Below the pieces are notes generated by a model. The model made no database searches. It saw only the letters and a list, made by a program, of their open reading frames with translations, and was not told where the DNA came from. Made by a program: the position numbers and the translations under genes. DNA of 64,000 bases. Origin: Cyanobacteria bacterium P01_D01_bin.156. GTDB taxonomy: Bacteria; Cyanobacteriota; Cyanobacteriia; Phormidesmidales; Phormidesmidaceae. Numbering within the stretch: the first letter of the stretch is position 1; each line of letters opens with the position of its first letter. Location: the NCBI GenBank assembly GCA_039024555.1, contig JBCCQQ010000034.1, positions 1 through 64,000 of the forward strand, read 5' to 3'. Positions 28,857 through 39,500 of this stretch are shown piece by piece.

Positions 28857-30770
28857 TTAACCAGTCAATTGACTAATAAAGTCATCCAGCTCCGTTTGGC
28901 CTAGCTCCACATCTGGAAAGTCAGACGGTGTGAAGCCCCCACTCTCTGCTGTACAGTCAGCGATCAAAGTTTTTAGAGCAACCAGATAGTGATTAGCCAG
29001 GGACTGTACCGTATCTGCTCGATACATTTGGGCGTCATACCGCCAGTTAATGTGCAGCTGTTTATCGGTGACCCAGGCGTTAATCTCTAATAGGTAGCTG
29101 CGCTGATTGCGAGAATCCCTGAGGACACCCACATCAGCATTTGGAATACGTGTTAAGTCTGAAACAGGATTGTTTTGCTGGCCCAGATAGTTAAACAACA
29201 CCTCAGAAGACTGAGCCAGTCGCTGACGGGTTTCGGCATCACCTAAATAGCGCAGCATACCGTAACCAATACCCCGATTGGGCACCTGGCGGAGCTGTTC
29301 TTTAACAGATTTCAAGTTGTCCACATCGCTATTAGCAGCATCGACGTACAGACTGACTGGATAAGTAGTCGTAAACCATCCCACTGTGCGAGATAGATCA
29401 AGTCCATCTACGATTTGTTCTCGGCCATGGGCTTCTATCTCTACTCGCACATGCCCTGTGGATGTCCCCGTCCACTGCAGCAGGGTTTGGGCCAGGGCCG
29501 TTAGTAGGGCATCGTTAATCTGGGTGTTATATACCGCTGGCACCGTTTGTAACAGCAGTTGAGTATCTTCTGAGCTGAGGGTAACCGTAGTGTTTTCAGT
29601 GGCTGCTTCCGTAAGCAATTTTATGTTTGGATAATCTCGGGGCAGCTGAACGGTGGGCTGCTCAACCTGGGAGTACCAGAAGCTAGCTTCAGACTGCCGG
29701 ATAGTAGTCTGAGCAGTCAGGGTTTCGGCCCAGGCTTTAAAGGATGTTGTTTTGTCAGGTAACGGTAAATCTGTCGTTAGTAGTTTGGCCAAATCTTCTA
29801 GAAGGATCTGCCAGGAAACCGCATCGACCACTAAATGGTGGGCACTGAGTAACAGCCAGTCTGGCTGGTGGTTGCCGCGCCTAAACAGTATGGCTCCGAA
29901 TAAGCTGCCATTCTTCAAATTCATGCTGGAGTGGAGATAACTTCCCTGGTCGGCAATGGTCTGACTCTGTTCTGTCGGAGTAAGTTGGGACAGATCCACC
30001 TGAATAACTTCAGGTGGATTGCTGTCATCAGCATTTATCTGCTGAGAGTTTTCAAACCGCATTCTCAAGGCATCGTGATGAGTCCAGAGCGTTGTAATGG
30101 CATCCTGTACTCTCTCGCTATCGACCATGGGCAACTCTACCAACATGGCCTGGTGCCAGTGGTGAGGGGCCATCATCTTTTGCTCAAAAAACCAGTGCTG
30201 AATGGGGGTGAGGGGAACTTCCCCTGTGACGACTTCCTGGGTTGCAGCTACTTGAGATGCACCGGTCGCCACCGCTGCCAGCTCTGCTACTGTGGGTTGT
30301 TCAAACAGCTGATTAGGCGCTAGCCCCAAACCAGCCTCCCGCGCCCGTGAAACAATTTGAATACTTAAGATAGAATCGCCACCTAGCTCAAAAAAGTTGT
30401 CGTGGATGCCAATGTTGTCTAATTTCAACACGGCCTGCCAAATGCCGAGCAGTGTGGCCTCAGTCTTTGTTCGTGGAGCGTTTGTGATGATATTCGAGGA
30501 AGAAAACTGTGGCTCTGGCAGGGCATTAATATCAATCTTGCCATTGGCGGTACGGGGTAGCGCGTCCAGGGAGACAATTGCGGCAGGCACCATGTAGTTG
30601 GGCAGCTTGGATTTGAGTAAATCCTTTAGCTCATGGTTGCTCAGGACATCTTTAGTCGGTTTAGGCACCACATAGGCCACCAACCGTTGGGAGTTAGATA
30701 ACTTCTGGGCCAACGCTACTCGTTGACTGGGTGAAAGCGCCATTACCCGTTGTTTAAAGTTCATGGTCAT
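28857..30770 (-). CDS. NRPS: C-terminal half of a split A domain (A9-A10) + PCP + epimerisation domain + COM tail
   Basis: RLVAYVVP...LPNYMVP...LPRTANGKID; FFELGGDSI; E motifs HHLVVDAVSW, EAHGRE, RTVGWFTT, PNRGIGYG, FNYLGQ; TPSDFP tail. ATG 30770 overlaps the upstream TGA and has a GGAGG RBS. Confidence 0.9.
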   Translation of the reverse strand: MTMNFKQRVMALSPSQRVALAQKLSNSQRLVAYVVPKPTKDVLSNHELKDLLKSKLPNYMVPAAIVSLDALPRTANGKIDINALPEPQFSSSNIITNAPRTKTEATLLGIWQAVLKLDNIGIHDNFFELGGDSILSIQIVSRAREAGLGLAPNQLFEQPTVAELAAVATGASQVAATQEVVTGEVPLTPIQHWFFEQKMMAPHHWHQAMLVELPMVDSERVQDAITTLWTHHDALRMRFENSQQINADDSNPPEVIQVDLSQLTPTEQSQTIADQGSYLHSSMNLKNGSLFGAILFRRGNHQPDWLLLSAHHLVVDAVSWQILLEDLAKLLTTDLPLPDKTTSFKAWAETLTAQTTIRQSEASFWYSQVEQPTVQLPRDYPNIKLLTEAATENTTVTLSSEDTQLLLQTVPAVYNTQINDALLTALAQTLLQWTGTSTGHVRVEIEAHGREQIVDGLDLSRTVGWFTTTYPVSLYVDAANSDVDNLKSVKEQLRQVPNRGIGYGMLRYLGDAETRQRLAQSSEVLFNYLGQQNNPVSDLTRIPNADVGVLRDSRNQRSYLLEINAWVTDKQLHINWRYDAQMYRADTVQSLANHYLVALKTLIADCTAESGGFTPSDFPDVELGQTELDDFISQLTG

Positions 30771-31540
30771 ACCCCTCCTCCATTCTGGGTTACCCGGCAA
30801 TAAAGCTGGAAAAGAGTGCTGAGCAGTGACTTTGGCATCAGCCGATAGTAGGTGGAAAAGCGTCGATTAACCCTATTAGACTGTCGCTGTGTGGGCATGG
30901 TTAGCGGAGTTGATGGAGGATTTTGTTGCCCGTCGATATGGCTAATGACCTGAGCAACGTTTTCTGTAAAAGACTCCACAAGGTCTTCATAGGTAATCGC
31001 GTAATAGTCCAATTGGTTGGTTTGAAAAAACGTCTGCCAGCAGTGATTTTGTTCTTTAAGGCTCTGCTCCCATTCGTAAATCTTCCAAGGTTGAAATTTT
31101 ACGGGGCGTAATTTGTTAGATGTGTTGTGCATGCTTTTTTCCCATTGTCCTGTTTGGGATGCGATCGCAGCGGATACCGCCTGAGAGGTAACATCACGGC
31201 GCCACAGGTAAATAAATCTCAGATTTGGAAAAATACCATTGAGAATGTCCAAATCGCTTTTATCTCTAAACTGCGGCAGCTCTCGCCCTAGGGCAAGAAA
31301 CTCCATCAGCTGCCACCAGTGCATCTTGATGCCAAATCTATCCGGGGTATCCTGGGTAAAAATAGAGTGGCAGTACTGCAAAAAGTCGTCGGGAGAATTC
31401 TCCAGATTTAACGCTTCTAACCTGTGACGATGAAAATATTCCTCCGGCTGGCCAAATCCATCTAAGGTTTCTAGGGTTCGACAGAGCAGGGTGCTACCGG
31501 AACGCACCGTGGAACAGACAATGTAGTTATTCTTTGTCAT
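30767..31540 (-). CDS. Stf0-family sulfotransferase
   Basis: RSGSTLLC, PEEYF, FGIKMHW, RRD...QAVS, ITYEDL. Confidence 0.88.
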   Translation of the reverse strand: MTKNNYIVCSTVRSGSTLLCRTLETLDGFGQPEEYFHRHRLEALNLENSPDDFLQYCHSIFTQDTPDRFGIKMHWWQLMEFLALGRELPQFRDKSDLDILNGIFPNLRFIYLWRRDVTSQAVSAAIASQTGQWEKSMHNTSNKLRPVKFQPWKIYEWEQSLKEQNHCWQTFFQTNQLDYYAITYEDLVESFTENVAQVISHIDGQQNPPSTPLTMPTQRQSNRVNRRFSTYYRLMPKSLLSTLFQLYCRVTQNGGGV

Positions 31541-32904
31541 GACACAATCCCTCCCAGTTCTGCAGCGTGGGAAACGGGCAACGACCTTACAAGAGATTCC
31601 ACCACTTGAGCCACACGATTTTCACTACGATATCGCTGGCAACAGGCGCGTATAGATTCCACCGAGGTTTTATACCGTTTTTCCTGTAGCAGAGATGTGA
31701 GATAGTCGCGTATCTGCTGTGATGAATCTCGGAGAATGTCTCCTGCAATTCCTACACCGTGGTAGGCAACCCGCGCAGCATCCCCATCCTGGTCAAACTG
31801 GTGGAGAGAATACACCAGCATGGGTACACCAAAATAAAGACATTCGTTAATGCTGTTGATACCACCATTGTTAATGGCGCAGTCCGCCTGCTTTAGTACC
31901 TTTAGCTGCGGCACCCAGGTAAAGGTGTGAACGTTCTGGGGCAGTTTTGGCAGGTCGTTAACACTCAGCTGCCCTCCCAGCCCCAAAATCAACTCCCAGT
32001 CAGAGTCAATAGCCGCGATCAACCTTTGCAAAAACTGCTGATTGTTTTTTGCAAAGGTACTGCAAGAACAATAAAGCAAGGAACGTCCTGTAGCTCGGCA
32101 CCGCTCGAAAATGGTTTCTAAAGCCACTTCTGTAGATATATCAACTCGTGACTCGGGCCGATTTTCTAGCACCATAGGCCCCACATAGTGCATTAGTGGG
32201 TGAGGCTCGTGCGGAAAATCCAGCTCTAGGGCATTAAAACACAGGATTGGCAGCTGACCATGGGTGTAGGGCAACAGCCACTGATCCCATGGCCACACAT
32301 GCTGCCAGGGATAGCCAATCTGTTGTGCATAGCAGCGTAGAACAGAAATCCAATCAAGTCCCATACGTCGCCAGCGCTCTCGCTGAAATGCTAACCACTT
32401 GCGCCAGCAGTGATACCACCAGTGACCAACAATACTCCAGGCGCTACCTGACCAGCCCTGGCCAGGAACAATATTTGTGTGAATCGGGGGGAGATGGGGC
32501 CGTTGCCAAATAGAGAGAAACTGACACAGCAGGGCCACCGGCAGTCCTGCCATAACAGCCGCCATCACATGGGGCTGCATTTCCATATCGATGAGCAGGA
32601 GATCGGGGTTTAGCGATCGCAACGTGCTGACAAAGTTTTGCACCCCCAGGGCCTCCACCGCCCGCTGCTGTCGTGACCGTAATGTGCGCCACTGTTGCCA
32701 GCGCCCCATGGGTGGGTCCCCGGATTGCATCACCCAGCGGTCCAGCTGAATGTAGGGAATACCTTGGGCGCTCACCGCCTCACCAAGATTGGCTGGGCTG
32801 GCATAGCTAACTTGGTGACCTGCTCGTCGCAAAGACTCTACCAACGCCAAACTGGCGTTAAACATGCCCGTTAGGCCCCCGGTGATGCAAATAATGTGGG
32901 CCAT
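31537..32904 (-). CDS. GT1 (MGT/UGT-like) glycosyltransferase
   Basis: PSPG-like box WVPQLKVL..ADCAINNGGINSINECLYFGVPML...FDQ; GHQVSY; YVGP. Confidence 0.88.
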   Translation of the reverse strand: MAHIICITGGLTGMFNASLALVESLRRAGHQVSYASPANLGEAVSAQGIPYIQLDRWVMQSGDPPMGRWQQWRTLRSRQQRAVEALGVQNFVSTLRSLNPDLLLIDMEMQPHVMAAVMAGLPVALLCQFLSIWQRPHLPPIHTNIVPGQGWSGSAWSIVGHWWYHCWRKWLAFQRERWRRMGLDWISVLRCYAQQIGYPWQHVWPWDQWLLPYTHGQLPILCFNALELDFPHEPHPLMHYVGPMVLENRPESRVDISTEVALETIFERCRATGRSLLYCSCSTFAKNNQQFLQRLIAAIDSDWELILGLGGQLSVNDLPKLPQNVHTFTWVPQLKVLKQADCAINNGGINSINECLYFGVPMLVYSLHQFDQDGDAARVAYHGVGIAGDILRDSSQQIRDYLTSLLQEKRYKTSVESIRACCQRYRSENRVAQVVESLVRSLPVSHAAELGGIVS

Positions 32905-32905
32905 G

Positions 32906-35668
32906 CTAACTACCCCCCTCCACTGCCGCCAACAGGTCCTCTGCCTGCTGGGGTTCTAGCTCAGACAATGCCTCTACCAAGTCTTCAATACGGGTATTCG
33001 CCGGGCGGGCCACCACAGTTGTTTCTTGGACAGCAGAGTGCGCTCTCAACACATCCTCAATCTCCCCCAGTTCGATCCGATAGCCCCGAATCTTTACCTG
33101 TCGGTCACATCGCCCTAGCCATTCCAAGGCACCATCTGCTCGATATCGGCCTAGGTCTCCTGTCTTATATAAACGCTCTGCAGGTAGGCCATGTCCACCA
33201 TCTGGCACCACAAATGCTGCAGCTGTTTTATCAGGCTGATTTAGATACCCTTGGGTAACCCCCGCCCCACCCACATAAATCTCGCCGACGGCCCCCGTCG
33301 GTACGGGCTGTAACTCCTCATCTAAAAGATAAATCTGTGCGTTGGGAATTACCTGACCAATGGGTACCGGTCCGGGTGCTGGCGTTGCTGGGATGCGATG
33401 AACCGTACACCACACCGTTGCTTCGGTGGGGCCATACTCGTTATATAAATCTGTTGTAGACAACTTGTCATAGTGCTGTTTCACCAAGTTAGGAGAACAC
33501 GCTTCTCCCGCCACAATCACCGTCTGCAGCGTTGATAGCTGTTCCGGGACTACAGCATCGAGCAGCAGCGAATAGAGGGTGGGCACACACAGGGTGTGGG
33601 TAATGCTCTGGGTGTCAATTAAGTTGGCTAGCTGTTGTAAATCCTGTTCAATCCTTTCTGGAGGAAGTACTAGGGTGCCCCCCTGACAGAGAGTCCAGAA
33701 AATGCCTGCCACTGAGCTATCAAAAGCAATGGACGAGAGCAACAGAAAACGTCCGACAGGGTTTGGATAAACCTGGGTGCGAGCTAGGGTAGAATGCACC
33801 AAATTACCCTGACTCACCATCACCCCTTTAGGTTTACCTGTAGACCCAGAAGTGTAAATAATATAGGCGAGATCCTCATGTTGGGGCAGGTCTCGTGCCT
33901 GCCATCGGTCTTGTCCCTGGTCTTCTACCTGTTCTAGATCATCCAAATAAACACAGTTCACCGATATTTCAGGCAAGGTTACCGACCGCTGGGTAATGAG
34001 AAATTTTGGTGCCGTGTCTTCTAAGCAATAGATAATCCGCTCCGCAGGATAACTCGGGTCCAAAGGCACATAAGCTCCACCTGCCTTTAACACCGCTAGG
34101 ATGGCAACAATCCGATCTAGCGAAGGCTTTAAACACAGGGCCACTCGGTCATTTACTCCAACACCATGGCCCTGTAGCCAATAGGCTAATGTCTCAGCCT
34201 GTTGAGCTAGTTCACCATAGGTCAGTGTCTGCCCTTCAAAAACAACAGCGGGGGCTTCCGGCGTTTTCCTTACCTGGTCGGCAATCAGCTGCTGAATGGT
34301 TAACTCTTTTGGATAATCTAGGATTTCCCAATCGGTAAGCTGTTGCTGTTCCGCTGCTGTCAATCGTGGTAAATCAGCCAGCTGGCGATCTGATTTTTCA
34401 ACAAAGGCCGTTAGCAATAGTTCTAGGTGAGTGTGTAGACGTGAGATTGCCCCCGATTCAAACCGGGCTGGGTCGTAGAGCAGAAACAGCTCTAGTGCAT
34501 TCCCTGGCAACACCAGCAACGCTAGGGGATAATTACTCTGTTCCAGGTAGCGAATATCCTGAATATCTAGATCCAGATCATTGTTCTTCGCCGTTGGATA
34601 ATTTTCAAATACCACAATACTTTCAAACAGCGGACTGCCCTGGGGGATATCGCTCCATCGCTGTACATCGCTAAGGGGCGTGGTCTCGTACTGCCGCAAA
34701 TCCAACAGTTTCTGTTGAAGCCCCTGTAGCCAGAAAACAAGATCTTGATCTGTTGCCACTGCCACCCTCACCGGTAGCGTGTTGATAAATAGCCCCACCA
34801 TGGTCTCTATGCCCTTTAGCTCTGCCGGACGCCCTGAAACCACGGAACCGTAAACAATATCGTTCTGAGAACTGTAGTGATGGAGTAGGAGCGCCCAAGC
34901 CCCTTGGAGTACGGTATTTAACGTTAACCGATGCTGACGGCAGAATGATTGCAGCTGGGCGTACAGGTCTGGTGATAGGGTAAGGGTTTGCTGTTGATAG
35001 GGCTGTTTTCCAAGACTAGCGCGCCCAGCAGGTAGGGGTGTGGGTTCGGTAAATCCTTTAAGGTGCGATCGCCAAAATGTTTCAGCATTCGATAGATCCT
35101 GTTCCGTTAACCAGGCGATGTAGTCGCGGTAAGGGTATAGAGGTGAGAGAACTGGTGTCTGTTGATGACAGTTGGCAGCGTAGCAGCTAAGAACCTCCTG
35201 CCAAATAATGGGAATGGACCATCCATCTGCCAGAATATGGTGAAAACTCCAGATAAACTGATGACTGTTGTCCCGCAGATGAATCAGCCTAAATCGTGAG
35301 ATTGGGGCCTGCAGCAGGTCAAAATCCTGGGTGCGGTCCCAAGCAAGCAGTTCAGCTAGCGCTTGTTCCTGTTCCACAGAAGACTGTCCTTGCCAGTCAT
35401 CCATCGTCCAGCTAACATCCACCTGCTGACGCACCACCTGCAGCGGCTCATCCAACCCTTCCCACAGAAATGCGGTTCTCAGTACCGGCTGTCGTGCAAT
35501 CACCTGTTGCCAAGCCTGCTGAAACTCGTTAATTTTTAGCGTTCCTTGCAGTTTGCAGGCATATTGCTCAATGTATACGCCCGACTTGGGTGCATTGAGT
35601 GCGTGGAAGAGCATACCCTCCTGTACAGGAGATAGGGGATAAATATCGGCGACGTTTTCCAGCGACAT
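32906..35668 (-). CDS. NRPS: C domain + N-terminal part of a split A domain (A1-A8)
   Basis: HHILADGWS; YIIYTSGSTGKPKG, YGPTE, YKTGDL, GRCDRQVKIRGYRIELGEIE. Ends after QETTVVAR with an acidic helix; no A10 Lys and no PCP. ATG 35668 overlaps the upstream TAA. Confidence 0.9.
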   Translation of the reverse strand: MSLENVADIYPLSPVQEGMLFHALNAPKSGVYIEQYACKLQGTLKINEFQQAWQQVIARQPVLRTAFLWEGLDEPLQVVRQQVDVSWTMDDWQGQSSVEQEQALAELLAWDRTQDFDLLQAPISRFRLIHLRDNSHQFIWSFHHILADGWSIPIIWQEVLSCYAANCHQQTPVLSPLYPYRDYIAWLTEQDLSNAETFWRSHLKGFTEPTPLPAGRASLGKQPYQQQTLTLSPDLYAQLQSFCRQHRLTLNTVLQGAWALLLHHYSSQNDIVYGSVVSGRPAELKGIETMVGLFINTLPVRVAVATDQDLVFWLQGLQQKLLDLRQYETTPLSDVQRWSDIPQGSPLFESIVVFENYPTAKNNDLDLDIQDIRYLEQSNYPLALLVLPGNALELFLLYDPARFESGAISRLHTHLELLLTAFVEKSDRQLADLPRLTAAEQQQLTDWEILDYPKELTIQQLIADQVRKTPEAPAVVFEGQTLTYGELAQQAETLAYWLQGHGVGVNDRVALCLKPSLDRIVAILAVLKAGGAYVPLDPSYPAERIIYCLEDTAPKFLITQRSVTLPEISVNCVYLDDLEQVEDQGQDRWQARDLPQHEDLAYIIYTSGSTGKPKGVMVSQGNLVHSTLARTQVYPNPVGRFLLLSSIAFDSSVAGIFWTLCQGGTLVLPPERIEQDLQQLANLIDTQSITHTLCVPTLYSLLLDAVVPEQLSTLQTVIVAGEACSPNLVKQHYDKLSTTDLYNEYGPTEATVWCTVHRIPATPAPGPVPIGQVIPNAQIYLLDEELQPVPTGAVGEIYVGGAGVTQGYLNQPDKTAAAFVVPDGGHGLPAERLYKTGDLGRYRADGALEWLGRCDRQVKIRGYRIELGEIEDVLRAHSAVQETTVVARPANTRIEDLVEALSELEPQQAEDLLAAVEGGS
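33883..33903. repeat. REP-like palindrome embedded in frame in the NRPS A domain
   Basis: GGGGCAGGTCTCGTGCCTGCC is 21/21 identical to the reverse complement of 59343-59363. Confidence 0.75.
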
Positions 35669-36513
35669 TACCCATGCCCCCCTGACAAAATACAAAAGTC
35701 AAAAAGACCGTTGGCAGATTTCTGTTGCTCTAAAATCTGCAGACCTGCAGCACCTATTTCGGTTTCCAGCTCCCCAGGGACAAAAAAGTGATGGAAAATG
35801 CCCACATAAAACCGATCGCCAAATCTAGGCTGCCAGTCGCTACCGGACACTATTGCTGCCGTTGTCGATAGCCTGTGACGAATCTTCTCCCAGAGGCGAT
35901 CTGGCCGGGTTAGCTGCACATAGGAAATCACCACTACACCCCCTGGAGAGAGCATTTTTGAACAGTGCTGCAACAGCTGGATGCGGTCCCTAGGATCAGG
36001 AAATGTGTCGTACATCCAGGGGGAAAGATATACGACATCGTAGGGAGTTTGCGGAGCATAGTCTAAAAAGTTTGCCAGTTCAAACCGAGCGGTAAACCCA
36101 GCCTTTTGCGCATAGGCTACGGCTCCGTCAATCATGGATTGGTTGTCGTCAATCCCTATTACTTCAAACCCTTGGTCGGCAAAGAATTTAGCTTCGCGTC
36201 CTTGGCCACAGAAAGCACTAAGCAACCTGCCATGGCTGTGATGCTTGGCCAAATGGGGCATGATTTTCTCTTCACAATCCAGCTGATACTGGCTGGGGTT
36301 GTAGACCGCCGAGTGAGCTTCATACACCTGGCTCATGTACTCATTCAGGGCGGATTTACCCAGCACACCCACAGCGATTGCCTGGCTCACTTGCCGTAGC
36401 TTACCGGCCATCTCCCCATTACCCATGAGAACGTTTTGAGCCAGCTTAACTCGCCACGAATTGGTTGTTTCCTGGTGTGGCATTAGTTTGTTAAGAGGTT
36501 CATTGACGACCAT
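35668..36513 (-). CDS. Class I SAM-dependent methyltransferase
   Basis: Degenerate motif I LSAFCGQGRE, VIGID, YDVVYL, LSPGGVVVI. Confidence 0.8.
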   Translation of the reverse strand: MVVNEPLNKLMPHQETTNSWRVKLAQNVLMGNGEMAGKLRQVSQAIAVGVLGKSALNEYMSQVYEAHSAVYNPSQYQLDCEEKIMPHLAKHHSHGRLLSAFCGQGREAKFFADQGFEVIGIDDNQSMIDGAVAYAQKAGFTARFELANFLDYAPQTPYDVVYLSPWMYDTFPDPRDRIQLLQHCSKMLSPGGVVVISYVQLTRPDRLWEKIRHRLSTTAAIVSGSDWQPRFGDRFYVGIFHHFFVPGELETEIGAAGLQILEQQKSANGLFDFCILSGGHG

Positions 36514-36573
36514 GGGAAGAATCCTTTCGCTACAAGTTACTGGCTTAGAAACTGGTTGATAAACAGAAAATGG

Positions 36574-39500
36574 TTATCCTCCCCTGTCCACCTTATTCAA
36601 TAAGGCGGCAATTTTGCCTAGCTTTTGATTGTTCAGATTAGCCAGAGGGAAATCGACCACGGTAGCCGCCTGGGAAGCATTGGGCGAGAGGTAATGGGCT
36701 ATTTGCGATCGCACCCCCTCCATTACTTCATCTGCCCATGTCTGCACCGTCGCCTGTCGATGTATCCCACAGCTGTAGCAGCATTCCATCTGCAGCTGTC
36801 CCTTTACAACCGCCGCATTAATCTCCAGCACGTAGCGTCTTTCCCCTTTAGCACTACGGGATAACTGCAGCTCACGCACCATTTGGAACATTGATCCTGC
36901 AGGTACTAGAGCGGCCAAATCCCCCAGATAGTTAAAAAGAATTTCTGCCTGGGGGACTGCTTCCAGCTGTTGTTTAACATCAGGGTCATCACTCACATAT
37001 CGCAATACCCCATAGCCCATACCGCGATTAGGCACCGCCCGCAGCTGTTCTTTTACAGCCTGCAGCTGTTCTCTAATGTCTGATTGGGGCAGCGTTAACA
37101 GCAGCGGATATACCGTTGTAAACCAGCCCACAGTGCGGACTAAATTTACTCCAGGAACAACGCTTTCCTCTCGTCCGTGGCCTTCTAGATCCACCAGTAG
37201 CCTGCCGCCCAATGTTCTAGTCAAGGCAGTCAACAAAATTTCATTCACCTGGGCACGGGATGCTTTAGGCAGATCTTTAAGCAGTCTAGATGTGTTCTCC
37301 TTGTCTAAGGTTGTTGTAATCGTTTGTACCGATGCAACCGTATTATTGTGTGCAACCTCAGCATCTTTAGGAAGAGGGTAAATCACCGTCTGAGTAAGCT
37401 TTAACCAATGGGAAAGCTCTGGAGTAAATTTCTCAGCTGTTTTAGCTAATGCCGTTGCCCAAGCTGGAAAAGCTGTAGTTGGCAAGGGAGGCACAGGCGT
37501 TTCTCCCTTGGCCTGTTTATAGAAGCTTTCTAAATCATTTAGGAGTGTCAGCCACGACAGGGCATCAACGGCCAGATGGTGGATGATCAATACTAAACGG
37601 CTGGGTTGATTGTTTCCCAGATTGAACAGTGCAGCCTGTAACAGTCTCCCAGTGGCCAGCTCTAGGCTATTTTGCAGCTGGACTTCTGTTTCAACCATCA
37701 ACCTTGCTTGATCCGCCGCTGTCTTTTTCGAGAGATCAACATAATGCAATAATGGCCCCGGCTCTGTGGTCAATAGCTGTTGACACCAGCCTGATTCTTC
37801 TAGGGTAAATGCATATCTTAGAATGGCGTGGTGCCTCACCAACTGCTGCAGCGCAGTTTCCAACATTGCTGGGTCTATGGGCTGTTTGCTCTCTAAAATC
37901 AGGCTCTGGTTCCAATGATGAGGTTCAACAGTTACCTGTTCAAAGAAGCTCTTTTGAACAGGCGTTAATGGAACGGGTTCCGTAGATTGGAGTGGGTCTG
38001 CCACCAAATTTTGAACAGTTTCCACCTGGCTTAATACATTGGCAACTGTTGGATGTTGCAAAATCTGTTGCGGAGATAGGGCAATACCTTTCTCTGTAGC
38101 TTGAGCTGCAATCTGAATCGCTGTGATCGAGTCTCCGCCCAAATCGAAGAAATTATCGTGAATACCGATACTGTCTACTCGTAAACAGGTAGCCCACAGG
38201 TTTGTCATATAGGTCTCCCATGCACTGGTTGGAGCCGTATGGTCAATACCTCCTCCTAGGTGCTTTAGGGGTTCGTAGGCTGGGGAAGCCAGCTGACGAC
38301 GATCCACTTTTCCATTGGGGGTGATCGGAAAGTCATCCAGTACAACAAATGCACTAGGAACCATATAATCCGGCAGCTTCTGTTGTAGGAATGCACGGAT
38401 ACGTACACTATCGCGAATTGGATTTTTAACCGTGAGGTAGGCTATGAGAGACAGGCGGTCTTGCTGTATTTTTTTAGCCAGGACCACCGCCTGCTGAATG
38501 TCAGGATGTTGGCCGAAGACAGTTTCTACTTCACTTAGCTCTACTCGGAACCCGCGAATTTTTACCTGAGCATCCAGACGGCCTAAAAACTCTAGGTTCC
38601 CATCCAGTAAGTATCGAGCCTGATCCCCTGTTTTGTAGAGCTTGCCAGGACCAAATGGATTATCAACAAAACGCTGCGCCATCAAGTCTGGACGGTTAAC
38701 GTAGCCACGGCTAAGACCGGCACCACCAATAACAATTTCGCCTTTGACACCCACAGGCACCTGCTGACCTTGAGGATTGACAAGATAAACCTCATAGCCC
38801 GGTAATGCCCTGCCAATGGGAGTAATACCCTCAGGCTTGGTTATAGTGTCAAAGGAATAAAATGTGGCGCAAATGGTGGTTTCTGTGGGGCCATAGCCAT
38901 TGACAATGCGCAACTGGGGCATCCGTTGACGATAGCGCTGTAGAAGCTGTTGCTGGATGGGTTCCACACCTACCAAAATGCGATCTAAGGGAATGTCACC
39001 CTCGTATTTTTCTAAAGTCTGAATTACCAGAGGCAACAATGCTGGAGGGATATAGGCGCTTGTGATTTCGTGGGTCGTCAGATATTCTCCTAGGCCACTA
39101 GTCACTACATCTGCCGGTAAGAGGTGCAACGTTCCCCCAAAACACAGATTTGAAAAAACCTCCCACACCGATACATCAAACCCATAGGAGCACAACGCTG
39201 TTCCTGTGAGAGTATCCCGAGTGGAGGCAGTCTGTTCAAAACCTCGGACCATGGCCAGCACGTTCCGATGCTCGACCATGACCCCTTTAGGTTTTCCTGT
39301 AGACCCTGACGTAAACAGAATATAGGCCAAATCCTCAGGGGTAAGATCGACCGCAGGTGAATCCGTAGACTGCTGCTTGATGTGTGAATAATGCTCTTCC
39401 CAGATCAGGATATGTTTAGCGGTAGGACCTTGTTTCACCAGCGAACGCTGAGTCAGTAGGGTGAAGATTTGCCCATCCTCTACCATAAACTGAGTGCGTT

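Noticed and set aside
30770..32906. Split A domain as a simple frameshift or IS disruption
   Set aside because: The gap holds two intact tailoring genes with coupled start/stop codons and RBSs, no transposase or terminal repeats, and both halves have extra terminal helices.
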